DNA from: Planctomycetota bacterium
Lineage (GTDB): Bacteria > Planctomycetota > SZUA-567 > H5-PLA8
DNA length: 64,000 nt
Direction of reading: 5' to 3'
Assembly: GCA_045863855.1 (NCBI GenBank)
Contig: BTVV01000005.1
Span: 1 to 64,000, forward strand
Shown: positions 52,750 to 62,025 of the stretch, piece after piece
Layout: each line of letters opens with the position of its first letter
Numbering within the stretch: position 1 is the first letter of the stretch
Position numbers and translations under genes: made by a program
Notes under the pieces: generated by a model
Seen by the model: only the letters and a program-made list of their open reading frames with translations
The model's database searches: none
What the model was told of the DNA's origin: nothing

Positions 52750-54323
52750 CGGGACTCCTGCCTGCGTGCCGCCAGCGCCTCGCGCACCGCCGCTTCCATG
52801 ACGTCGAGCGGCGCGGGCCGGCCGGTGTAGAGCGTGAACTGCAACGCGCCCTGCCCGACGAACATGCCCAACCCACCCAGCGTCTTGCGGCCCTGCCGTT
52901 CAGCGTACTGCAAGACTAAGGTGCGGAACGGATTGTACACCGTATCGAAGATCAAGTCAGCCCTGCAGACCTGCGCTTCCGTCAGCGGCGAAGCGTCCAC
53001 GTGCGGGTGCATGCCCAACGGCGTGGTGTTGATCGCCACGTCGACGTGAAAATCGGTCCGATCCAGGTCTTCCTTTGAGACGCATGCGCCCTGCACTGCG
53101 GCAGCCAGTTCTTGGGCTTTCTCGGCGGAACGGTTCAGGATTCGGACTTCGGCCCCGCGTTCGTGAACGGCATACGCCAGCGCTCGTGCGGCCCCACCAG
53201 CGCCGAGCAAAAGCACCTTGCGGCCTCGCAGCGTGCCTGGCCCGCCCAAGGCGGTCTCCAGGCTGTCCGCAGCGGCTGGCGCATCGGTGTTGGTTCCGTA
53301 CCAACCGTTGGGGCGGCGGACGAGGGTATTCACGGCTCCGATGGAAATGGCCAGTGGATCGAGTTCGGCGCACCCGGGCATCACGGCCTGCTTGTGCGGG
53401 ATGGTTACGGAGACCCCTTCAAGGCCCAGCGGTTCGGCGAAGGTCTGGAGAAAAGCGAGCGGATCGCCGTCGACGCGGAAGGGCAGGTATACGGCGTCCA
53501 GACCGGCGGCTTGGAGAGCGGCGTTGTGCATGCGCGGCGAGAGCGAATGGCCAATGGGGTTGCCGATGACGCCGTAGACGCGCGTGGCCGGAGTCAGTGC
53601 GCCGAAGCGATAAAGCTCGTGAAGCTCCCGCCAAGTCGGCTGGCCCGGTGCGGTGCCGGGCGCGCCAGCGCCGCGAGCAAAAGTAAAGAGTGCGGGCTGC
53701 GGAAACCTTGGACCGAGGACGCGGGTCCAGAAGCCGGCTTCGCCCATACCCAGTGCCAGGAGCGGCGGCTTGCCGGGTCGGTCTTCGCAGAGCAGTTCCA
53801 ACAGGGCCGCACTCTCAAGGATCGTCGCGGGCGTGACGGCGAGCTTAACGACGTCCGCTCCGGCGGCTTCGGCATCTTCGCGGAAATCGCGCAGGCGCGA
53901 GCGCGGCGGGACGCGTTCGAAATCGTGGTAGCTGACGACCAGCCGAGTGACCCCGGTGGCGCGCGCGTCTTGCAAGGCCTTCCAAACTTCCGGCGCGCGC
54001 TGAATCGTATGCATTTCGAGATCTACGAACGCCGCGCCTTGGCGAGCGGCCCGTTCGAGGTACCTGCCGCGCTCGGCGTCGGAGACTTCCTGCCGCGCGC
54101 CACCTTCCTCCACGCTGCGGTAGGTCACCACCAGCTTCTCGGGGCCCAAACGCTTCAAGACGGCGTCCAGAGCTTCCGGCGTAAGGTCGGCGTAGCGATC
54201 GAGGCGCAACTCGATCAGAAAGGCGCCTGGCGGGCGGGCAGCCAAGTCCGCGAACTCGGCATCGGCCACGAGGGCGGCCAGCGAGTCATGGTGGGAGGCG
54301 ACGCAGATGGACGGGTGGTTCAT
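52746..54323 (-). CDS. aroE: bifunctional type I 3-dehydroquinate dehydratase / shikimate dehydrogenase (AroD-AroE fusion)
   Basis: IELRLD, TYR..EGG, SYHDFE, VKLAV, MGEAG..TR, APGQ; then GNPIGHSLSP, SVTIPHK, GAVNT, NTD, GAGGAARA. Confidence 0.93.
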   Translation of the reverse strand: MNHPSICVASHHDSLAALVADAEFADLAARPPGAFLIELRLDRYADLTPEALDAVLKRLGPEKLVVTYRSVEEGGARQEVSDAERGRYLERAARQGAAFVDLEMHTIQRAPEVWKALQDARATGVTRLVVSYHDFERVPPRSRLRDFREDAEAAGADVVKLAVTPATILESAALLELLCEDRPGKPPLLALGMGEAGFWTRVLGPRFPQPALFTFARGAGAPGTAPGQPTWRELHELYRFGALTPATRVYGVIGNPIGHSLSPRMHNAALQAAGLDAVYLPFRVDGDPLAFLQTFAEPLGLEGVSVTIPHKQAVMPGCAELDPLAISIGAVNTLVRRPNGWYGTNTDAPAAADSLETALGGPGTLRGRKVLLLGAGGAARALAYAVHERGAEVRILNRSAEKAQELAAAVQGACVSKEDLDRTDFHVDVAINTTPLGMHPHVDASPLTEAQVCRADLIFDTVYNPFRTLVLQYAERQGRKTLGGLGMFVGQGALQFTLYTGRPAPLDVMEAAVREALAARRQESR

Positions 54324-54547
54324 GCGGTGAATTGTAGCGTAAGGCTTGCCTTCCACTAGCATCTGTAAGCGGAAGGCACCCGGCGCAAGCACCATGCGCA
54401 GCCTTAAGGCTTTTTGAAGGACGACGGCCCCGGCGCATCTAGGTCAGTACCCTTTTCCAACGGGCTGTTAAGGTACGCTTTCTCGCAATCCGGCTTGTGA
54501 GCCCCTACCTTTTAGTTAACTTGGTGCCCATGATGGCTGGTTCCTCA

Positions 54548-56341
54548 ATGAACCGCGCGGTACTTCACGGCGGTGTGCTGATCGCATGCGCATTGCTGGG
54601 GTCGTGCGAGTGGGCTCACGGCGAAGCCGACCCGCAAACGCCGGTAGCGCCATCGCCGGCCGATGCCGTGGCGCGTCTGCTGGCGCGGGCCGAAGAACCG
54701 CCCCTCCTTACGATCGTCTTGCCGGACCTGCACCGCCTGCCCAGCCGCCTGGCGCAATCGCACGTGGGTCATTTCGTGCTCGATCCGAATTACGATCAAG
54801 GCCGCGCCCTCCTGCTCCAAAAACTCAACGAGGCCAGCGGGACGGACCTGGAAGCGTTGTGGACAAATCTGCGCGCGCATATCGAAGGGCCGGTGGCGCT
54901 GGTGCTTTCGCGCGCCGCGCCGCTGAACGAAGGCGACATTCCGGGGTTCAAGTTGCGCTTGCTGGCCAGCGTTCCGGATGCGGCTTCGATCGAAGCGGTG
55001 CAGGCGGCGTGGCCGCGCCTGCCGCCGCAGTCGGGCCATCTGCTCTCCTTATTGCGTCCGCAACTGTATGCGCGCGAGGCGCTCGCGGCGGAAGCCGCGC
55101 CGCCAGAATGGGCGGTCCGGATCGCCCGCGCGCCGGGGTTGGTGCGCGTGCAAGCGCGCCCGCGCGCGCTCAACGCCGCCCTGCGCGAGTGGGCCACGGT
55201 GCTTCCCGTTACGGACCGCTCGGGCTGGATGGAAGCCGTTCAAGCCACGGCGGCCTTGGAGTTCGAGACGCTCACGCTCGACCTGCGCACCGAAGGAGGG
55301 CAGTTCGAAGAGCGCCTGGAACTGGAACCGCTGGCGGAAGGCGGTCGGACGCTCTCGCGACTGTTGCGCGGAATGGCGGCCAAACCGCGCCCGTGGACGA
55401 GCCTGACGTCGGCGCTGCCCGGCCGCCAAGCGCTGGCGCTGCTCTTTCAACTCGAGCCCGAAAAGCTTTCCGACGAACTGCCGTATCTGTTTCAGGCGCT
55501 GGAGCGAACCGTACGCGGGCGGAAATGGATGCGTACGCAGGGCGATTCGCCCGAAGCGCGAGACCCGGAACGCTTTGCGTTTTTGACCACGGGATTGTCG
55601 GGCATCGTGGGCTTGACCGCTCAGCCTTCGGTAACGGGAAAAGTCGATGTGGTGCTGGCCGCGGCGAGCAAGGAGCGCGACGTGGAAGCGCATCGCGTGC
55701 GGCTGCTGAAGGGCCTCGAAGCGCTCGACGCGAATTTCCTGACGCTGCACCAGGCCGCGCGGATCGGGACGCACGCGCCACTGGCCGCGCAGTTCAAAGG
55801 GCCGGATCTGCTTCCGGCTCCGGTGATCGGGTTGAGCGAAGGCTGGCTGTGGCTCTGTTCGACCACCGGAGCGTACGGCGTCCTAACGCAAGCCTTCGCG
55901 AGCGGCAAGACGCTGGCGCAGGATCCTCCGCCCTTCCCCGCGCCGCGTGAGGACGGTTCCTATTTTGCGCGCCCCGATGCCAGCGCCCTGCGTATGAGCA
56001 TCAACCTCGAGATGCTCGCGCCGCTGGGCTACACCTCCTGGCTGCTCTCGAAAGAAGGGCCGACGATCGGGGACTGGAAGGTGCCCGGCGAACTGCTGCC
56101 GCAGCCGGGGCTCTTCGCCAACCGCATGGGCCGGCTCGAAACGGATCTCTGGACCGAAGACGGCACGGTCCGCGGCTACGGGCGCGGACCGATTCCCTTG
56201 GGTGCGGTGCTGACGCTGGCGCTGGTCGGCGAGACGGGGCGGATCGTGGAGATCCTGCAACGGCCGCCAGGCACGGTGCTGGAAGAGTTGAAGGCGCTGA
56301 CCCAACCGGCGAGCGGCGCGAAGCCGGAGCCGCGGCCATGA
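54548..56341 (+). CDS. exported hypothetical protein
   Basis: Long GC3-biased ORF with N-terminal signal peptide; ATGA overlap with the next gene. Start may be 54530. Confidence 0.65.
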   Translation: MNRAVLHGGVLIACALLGSCEWAHGEADPQTPVAPSPADAVARLLARAEEPPLLTIVLPDLHRLPSRLAQSHVGHFVLDPNYDQGRALLLQKLNEASGTDLEALWTNLRAHIEGPVALVLSRAAPLNEGDIPGFKLRLLASVPDAASIEAVQAAWPRLPPQSGHLLSLLRPQLYAREALAAEAAPPEWAVRIARAPGLVRVQARPRALNAALREWATVLPVTDRSGWMEAVQATAALEFETLTLDLRTEGGQFEERLELEPLAEGGRTLSRLLRGMAAKPRPWTSLTSALPGRQALALLFQLEPEKLSDELPYLFQALERTVRGRKWMRTQGDSPEARDPERFAFLTTGLSGIVGLTAQPSVTGKVDVVLAAASKERDVEAHRVRLLKGLEALDANFLTLHQAARIGTHAPLAAQFKGPDLLPAPVIGLSEGWLWLCSTTGAYGVLTQAFASGKTLAQDPPPFPAPREDGSYFARPDASALRMSINLEMLAPLGYTSWLLSKEGPTIGDWKVPGELLPQPGLFANRMGRLETDLWTEDGTVRGYGRGPIPLGAVLTLALVGETGRIVEILQRPPGTVLEELKALTQPASGAKPEPRP

Positions 56342-58083
56342 AACGCGCGACAGCGATTTGGGCGGCGTGCCTGCTGCCCCTGCTGCTCTCTGGCTGCGGA
56401 GAGGACGTGAACCGCTACCGGCTGCTGATGGCCGAACGCGTCGCGGGAAAGACCTACCTGCTGGCGGAATACGAGCCGCTTTCTCAAGGCAGCGGGCAGA
56501 GTTACTTCGCGGTCTACACGCCCCGCGGCGGCGATCCGGCTTCGTGGCAGTTGGCGCTCGAAGACCGCACCGGTCCTGTCTTCGGCACGTTCGTCTACCG
56601 TGACCCGCAGGGCGTCGAGCAACTGGGCCTGCTGCATCCGACGCAGGCGAACTTTTACACCTTCGGCGACGGCGATCCGCAGGTGGTCTCGCGCAACATC
56701 CCGTTCAAGTGGTGGGCCGAGACGGGCGCGCAGCTGAGCGAGCAGGTGTTCCTTTTCGGCGGCGATTTCGCGGCGCGCAAGGTGGTGGACGGGAAGCTGA
56801 TCGGCCGCCTGGCGGTGGCGGCCTTCGACGGCGGCGAGATCAAGGAACTGGAACTTTCCGGGAGCCCGCCGATCCAGAATCTGCACTTTTGGCTGCGCGC
56901 GGTGCCCCAAGGCGAAAAAATCCACGTGTTCTGGCGCGAAGCGGAAGTGTACGGCACGCTCGATTTCGAACCGCCGGTGCGCTTCGTCGGGCCGCTGCGC
57001 GAAGCCGTCTTCGACGGCGCGGCGTTCGAAGACCAAGTGCGCGAATACGAACTGCCGCAGGGGTATACGACGGTATGGAGCGACGGGGGGCGCATCCGCG
57101 CGGCGGTGCAGCCGGTGAGCCGCGAGTTCGGTCAGTCGCCGCCTCCGCGGCTTTTCACGCTGGATGGCGCGGGCGGGGTCGAAGAGCGGCCGCTCTCGTT
57201 TCCGGCCGAAGAAGCGAAGCTGCGCTTCAAATACTTCCTGGTGGAGAGGCTGCCGGGCTTCGAAGAAGATTTGCTGGTGCGTTCGAACTCGCAGCAGATC
57301 CAGCTTTGGCGCGCGACGCCCGAGGGCTGGCAAGCCAGCGGCCCGCTGGCCGGGCTTCCGGTCTACGGGGTCGAGCGCGTGCTGCTGGGCCTGCTGGCGT
57401 GCTGCGTGGCGACGGTGGCCGCGGGACTGGGGCTGGCGTGGCGTCGGCGGCGCCAATTGCAATACCTCGTCGAAAAGCTGAAGCCCAGCGACGTGCTGGC
57501 TCCGCTTTCGCTGCGCTTGAGCGCGCATATGGTCGACTTGGCGGCGGTGGTGCTGGCGACCGAAGTCGTCACGCGTCTAGCCGACATGGAAGCGCCGCGC
57601 TGGTCGGAAATTCTGCTGAGTCTTCAGGTGCTCCCGCCGTTCTTCGTGTTGTACGTCGTCTATTTGGCGCTGGCCGAATGGCTGACGGGCAGTTCGCTGG
57701 GCAAATGGCTGCTGGGCCTGCGGGTGGTGACCGACCGCGGCGAGCGTCCGGGGCTGTACGCGGCGTTCGTGCGCAACCTGGTGGGCTACTACGAGCGGCA
57801 TCCGCTGCTGGCTCCGTTCGCGGCGTTGCCGACGATCGTGCTCACGCCGAAGCACCAGCGCCTGGGCGATCTGCTGGCGCATACGCTGGTGGTGCAGAAG
57901 TCCGCCATGGACCGCTACAAATCCGAACGCGAAGCGGAACTCGCCCGCGTCTCGAAGCCGCCGCAGGGCACGGACTCCGAAAGCAGGCGCCACGATCCGC
58001 CCCGCGACAGCGGCCTAATGGAAAAACCTCAAACGCAACCGCTGGAACCGCCCTCGCCCCAGGACCCGGACGACCGGGTATGA
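56338..58083 (+). CDS. RDD family membrane protein with lipobox and large N-terminal extracytoplasmic domain
   Basis: Lipobox LLSGC; C-terminal RLSAHMVD...GSSLGKWLLGLRVV...RN...QRLGDLLAHTLVV. Confidence 0.82.
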   Translation: MKRATAIWAACLLPLLLSGCGEDVNRYRLLMAERVAGKTYLLAEYEPLSQGSGQSYFAVYTPRGGDPASWQLALEDRTGPVFGTFVYRDPQGVEQLGLLHPTQANFYTFGDGDPQVVSRNIPFKWWAETGAQLSEQVFLFGGDFAARKVVDGKLIGRLAVAAFDGGEIKELELSGSPPIQNLHFWLRAVPQGEKIHVFWREAEVYGTLDFEPPVRFVGPLREAVFDGAAFEDQVREYELPQGYTTVWSDGGRIRAAVQPVSREFGQSPPPRLFTLDGAGGVEERPLSFPAEEAKLRFKYFLVERLPGFEEDLLVRSNSQQIQLWRATPEGWQASGPLAGLPVYGVERVLLGLLACCVATVAAGLGLAWRRRRQLQYLVEKLKPSDVLAPLSLRLSAHMVDLAAVVLATEVVTRLADMEAPRWSEILLSLQVLPPFFVLYVVYLALAEWLTGSSLGKWLLGLRVVTDRGERPGLYAAFVRNLVGYYERHPLLAPFAALPTIVLTPKHQRLGDLLAHTLVVQKSAMDRYKSEREAELARVSKPPQGTDSESRRHDPPRDSGLMEKPQTQPLEPPSPQDPDDRV

Positions 58084-58694
58084 CGCCGGCGCGTCTGGAG
58101 TCCGTGCAGTTGGTGCTGGCTTCGGCCAGCGCGCGGCGGCGCGCGATTCTCGCCGATGCGGGGTTTACGTTCGTATCCCGCGATCCCGGTACGGTCGAGG
58201 ACGCGGTGACCGCGGCGGCGACGCCCGAGGCCTTGGCGCTTGAGAAAGCTCGTGTGAAAGCGCGCGCTGTCGCCGCCGCATTGGGCAAGCCCGCGGTGGT
58301 GATCGGCGCGGATACGCTGGTCGCGCTGGGCGACGAGGTGCTGGGAAAGCCGGTGGACCGCGCGGACGCCGAGCGTATCCTGAAGCGGCTTTCGGGCACG
58401 CGGCATCGAGTCATCACGGGGCTTTGCCTCTGGCCGTGCGCGGTTCAGGCTGCGCCGGTGTTGGAGGCCGTGCCAACGTGGGTCACGATGCGCTCGATGA
58501 GCGCGTCCGAGATCCGGGCGTACGTGGATTCGGGCGAGGCGGACGACAAGGCGGGCGCCTACGCGATACAGGAGACCGGCGACCGCTTCGTCCGCGCGGT
58601 GGAAGGCAGCTTTCTGAACGTGGTGGGCTTTCCGCTGGAGCGCTTCCGGGAACTGCTTCCGGCGGCACTCGCCAAGTGGGGCTTCGTGGCGTAA
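58080..58694 (+). CDS. maf: Maf family nucleoside triphosphate pyrophosphatase
   Basis: LVLASASARRRAIL, VIGADTLV, LGKP, LSG..H, DKAGAYAIQ, NVVGFP. Confidence 0.93.
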   Translation: MTPARLESVQLVLASASARRRAILADAGFTFVSRDPGTVEDAVTAAATPEALALEKARVKARAVAAALGKPAVVIGADTLVALGDEVLGKPVDRADAERILKRLSGTRHRVITGLCLWPCAVQAAPVLEAVPTWVTMRSMSASEIRAYVDSGEADDKAGAYAIQETGDRFVRAVEGSFLNVVGFPLERFRELLPAALAKWGFVA

Positions 58695-58754
58695 AAGAGT
58701 CGCTTCCCCAACGGGCCCGGCGCCCGTAACGAAGCATTCGAAGGGATCTCGACA

Positions 58755-59426
58755 ATGGCTCAAGACGGTGCGGCCGGTGTACTGCCCGGCGAACGGCGCG
58801 AGCAGGCGATGCGGCGCGGCGCGCGGGCGCTGTACCTGACGGCCTTCGCATCGGGCGCGGTGCTGATGGGCCTCCAGATCGCCGGCTCGCGGATTCTCGC
58901 CCCGCGCTTCGGAACGGCGATTTACGTCTGGGGCAGCCTGATCGGCCTGACGCTGGTGGCGATGGCGCTGGGCTACTGGCTGGGCGGCAAGCTGGCGGAC
59001 AAGAAACCGCGCTATCCCGTGCTGGCGTCGATTCTGATCGCCGCGGGCTTGTACGTCGCGCTGGTGATCTTTCCGCTGGGTACGCCGATCTGCAACGCGA
59101 TCGCCGCCGCGATGCCTTCATCCCCGTACGCGCCTCTGCTGGCGGCCACTGTGATCTTTTTCGTGCCCTGTTTTCTGATGGCGATGACCAGTCCCTTCAC
59201 GCTGCGCCTGTTGACGACGTCGCTGGCCGGCTTGGGCGGCGTGACAGGCCGGCTGTATGCGTTCTCGACGTTCGGTTCGATCTTCGGGACGCTGGCAACA
59301 ACCTTCGCGCTGATTCCAAATGTTCGCGTCTCGCTTTCGCTGGGCGTGCTGGGCCTGGTGCTGGTGGCCGCGTGCGTTGCGGGGCTGGCGATGTTCAAGA
59401 GCGCGCCGGACGCGCAGGCCGCTTGA
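58755..59426 (+). CDS. membrane-domain-only paralog of the fused MFS/spermidine synthase family
   Basis: SGAVLMGLQIAGSRILAP.FG..IYVWGSLIG...GYWLGGKLAD...GRLYAFSTFGSIFGT; about 6 TM; no SAM-binding domain. Confidence 0.8.
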   Translation: MAQDGAAGVLPGERREQAMRRGARALYLTAFASGAVLMGLQIAGSRILAPRFGTAIYVWGSLIGLTLVAMALGYWLGGKLADKKPRYPVLASILIAAGLYVALVIFPLGTPICNAIAAAMPSSPYAPLLAATVIFFVPCFLMAMTSPFTLRLLTTSLAGLGGVTGRLYAFSTFGSIFGTLATTFALIPNVRVSLSLGVLGLVLVAACVAGLAMFKSAPDAQAA

Positions 59427-59448
59427 CACGGAACGATCGAGGAAAGAC

Positions 59449-61245
59449 ATGCCCGCCACGAAGCCGTTAGCCGCAGAGGATGCCGCAGTGGACACTCAAG
59501 CGCCGGCCATTCCAGTGGGAGACAGCGCCGCGGCGCAGCGCAGCGCCGCCTTGGCGCTGCATACGATCGTTTTCGTCTCCGGCGCCGCGCTGATGGGCAT
59601 CGAGATCGCGGGGTCGCGCATCCTGGCGCCGAGCTTCGGGACTTCCATCTTCGTCTGGGGCAGCCTGATCGGTCTCGTGATGGGCGCCATGGCGCTGGGC
59701 TACTGGGTCGGCGGCATCCTGGCCGACACGCGCCCCTCTTACACGGTGTTGGCCACGATCGTAAGTTTGGCCGGCGTGTACACCTTCTTCATGATTCCCT
59801 ATATGGGGCCGTGGTTGTGCGAAGGCGTCGCACGCAGCATCACGAGTCAGATGACCGGTCCGATTTTCGCCTGTACGCTGCTTTTCTTCGTACCGTCCTT
59901 CATGCTCGCGATCGTGACGCCCTTCGCGGTGAAGCTCTCGACTCGGCAGTTCACCAAAGTCGGCGGCGTGGCCGGGAGGCTGTTCGCGCTGAACACGCTG
60001 GGCAGCATCGTCGGCACGCTGGCGACAACCTTCCTGCTGCTGCCGAACTTTCATTTCACGAATACGCTTCAGGCGCTGGGCGTGGCGCTGGTAGCTTTCG
60101 CGCTCTTTACCTTGATACGCTTCAAGCAGGCGCTGAGCGGGATCACGCGCGAGGACCGGCACGGGCTGGCGCTGATGACGTTGATCCTGCTGGGTCTGGT
60201 GGAGTACTGGGCGATTTATCCGGTCGAACCGTGGGTTTCGCAGGGCCAGCGTCTGATGCACTACGAGGAGTCGGAGTACCACGACATCGGCGTCACCGAG
60301 TACGTGATGGACGAGGACAGCGGCCGCCTGCTCCCGCCGTACGACGTGGTCCGCTACCTGAAGTTCAACGAGAATATCGAGAGCGCGATTTTCCCTTACT
60401 GGTCGAAGTACCGCAACGCGGTGGGCTACACGGACCTCCTGCATCTGCCGCTGATCTGGAACGCGCAGCCTAAAAAGATGCTCGTGGTGGGCGGCGGCGG
60501 CGGTGTGGCGCCGACCCAGTACATTCAGGATTACGCCAGCATCGAGCGCGTGGACATTCTGGAACTCGACGACGCGGTGCGCCGCGTGGCACTCGAATAT
60601 TTCCAGATGCCGAAGGACTCGCCCAAGCTGAACTTCATCATCGGCGATGCGCGCGCGAACCTCGCCCGCGCCGAAGGCCCCTACGATATCGTGATCCTCG
60701 ATGCCTACAGTTCGGGCGGGCAGATTCCGTTCCACTTGATGACGTGGGAATTCATGCAGGAAGTAAAAGCCAAGCTGGCCCCGGGCGGTGTGCTGGTGAC
60801 GAACATCATCGCCTCCATCGAGAACGAAGCTTCGGGAGGCGAACGGAATGCCGACCTGCTGCGTGCCGAGATCAAGACGCTGCAGCACCCGAAAGAGAAC
60901 CCGCTCTTCAAGCAGGTGTACATCTTCCCGCGCGTCTACAATAAGGAAGGCGCCCTGCGCGGATACGAGACCGAGACGCGCAACATTATCGTCATTGCGA
61001 GCAACGAAGAGAAGCCCAAGTCGCGCGACGAGATCGTCGCCGCCGCCAAGCACCTGACCCAAGGCAAGAACCCCATCGTCAAGGTCGACAGCCGCGAATA
61101 CATCTGGCACGCGGAGCACTTTTTCGACCGGACCTTCACCGAGGCGGAACTTTCCGAGGTCGAGCCGCTCACGGACGACTTCGCTCCGGTCGAAACGATG
61201 TACCGTCCGGTGAAGCGCAACGAGACCACCCAGCGGCATTGGTAG
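59449..61245 (+). CDS. fused MFS/spermidine-synthase-like SAM-dependent transferase
   Basis: SGAALMGIEIAGSRILAP membrane domain, then LVVGGGGG, ILELD, IGDAR, YDIVILDAY, IPFHLMTWEF, LTDDFAP. Confidence 0.88.
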   Translation: MPATKPLAAEDAAVDTQAPAIPVGDSAAAQRSAALALHTIVFVSGAALMGIEIAGSRILAPSFGTSIFVWGSLIGLVMGAMALGYWVGGILADTRPSYTVLATIVSLAGVYTFFMIPYMGPWLCEGVARSITSQMTGPIFACTLLFFVPSFMLAIVTPFAVKLSTRQFTKVGGVAGRLFALNTLGSIVGTLATTFLLLPNFHFTNTLQALGVALVAFALFTLIRFKQALSGITREDRHGLALMTLILLGLVEYWAIYPVEPWVSQGQRLMHYEESEYHDIGVTEYVMDEDSGRLLPPYDVVRYLKFNENIESAIFPYWSKYRNAVGYTDLLHLPLIWNAQPKKMLVVGGGGGVAPTQYIQDYASIERVDILELDDAVRRVALEYFQMPKDSPKLNFIIGDARANLARAEGPYDIVILDAYSSGGQIPFHLMTWEFMQEVKAKLAPGGVLVTNIIASIENEASGGERNADLLRAEIKTLQHPKENPLFKQVYIFPRVYNKEGALRGYETETRNIIVIASNEEKPKSRDEIVAAAKHLTQGKNPIVKVDSREYIWHAEHFFDRTFTEAELSEVEPLTDDFAPVETMYRPVKRNETTQRHW

Positions 61246-61342
61246 ACGCGCAGGTGCAGCACCTAAACCTGGCCCCCTAGCGCCTCATTTCGCCCCTAAG
61301 CACCGGTGCAATCGCACCGGCGCTGCTTTTTTCATCGATTTC

Positions 61343-61368
61343 TGGAATGCGCGGCTTCCTGCGGCGAC
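61343..61368 (+). promoter_or_regulatory. putative ECF promoter TGGAAT-N16-CGAC
   Basis: ECF-like spacing just upstream of the AGGAGG RBS of the third ECF gene; a weaker match than the other two. Confidence 0.45.
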
Positions 61369-61393
61369 GCTACTTCAGGAGGATCGTTCGCGC

Positions 61394-62008
61394 ATGGCGC
61401 TGACCACCGACGCTCAACGGATACTGAACTCGGCCGAAGGCCAGGCCGGGGCCGGCATTCCCGAACCCTTTTGGCAGATCGTCGAACGTTACCGCGGCGA
61501 ACTGGTTAACCAGGCATACGCGATTCTCAATCATGTTTCGGACGCCGAAGACGTGGTGCAGGAAACCTTCTGCGAAGCGTTCCAGCAGCCCGAGAAGCTG
61601 CAGGGGCTGCGCTCGCTGGGCGCGTATCTGCGCGCGATCAACAAGCGCAACGCCCTCGATCGTCTGCGCCAGGACCGGCGCGAAGCCGACCGCGTGGAGC
61701 GCAAAGAGCGGCTCGCGCGCCCGCGGCAATCGACCACCGGCGGATTCACGGCGCTGGAACTTCGCGAATCGCTGACCCAGGCCATCGAGAGCCTTCCCGA
61801 AGCGCATCGCGCCGTGATGGTGCTGCGCTATTGGGAAGGCTTGTCCTACGAAGAGATCGCGGCGCGGTTGAAGCTGCCGACGACGAGCGTCTGGCGCGTG
61901 GCCAGTGAAGCGTCGGAACGGCTGTTCGGAACGCTGAAGCCGCAACTCGAGAACGGTTCCGCGCCTGCCGACCGCCCTACCGGCGAAGCGCCCACCTTGA
62001 ATCCCTAG
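61394..62008 (+). CDS. ECF RNA polymerase sigma factor
   Basis: DAEDVVQETF, GAYLRAINKRNALD, LPEAHRAVMVLRYWEGLSYEEIA. Confidence 0.92.
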   Translation: MALTTDAQRILNSAEGQAGAGIPEPFWQIVERYRGELVNQAYAILNHVSDAEDVVQETFCEAFQQPEKLQGLRSLGAYLRAINKRNALDRLRQDRREADRVERKERLARPRQSTTGGFTALELRESLTQAIESLPEAHRAVMVLRYWEGLSYEEIAARLKLPTTSVWRVASEASERLFGTLKPQLENGSAPADRPTGEAPTLNP

Positions 62009-62025
62009 AAACGAAGAGGTGCCCC

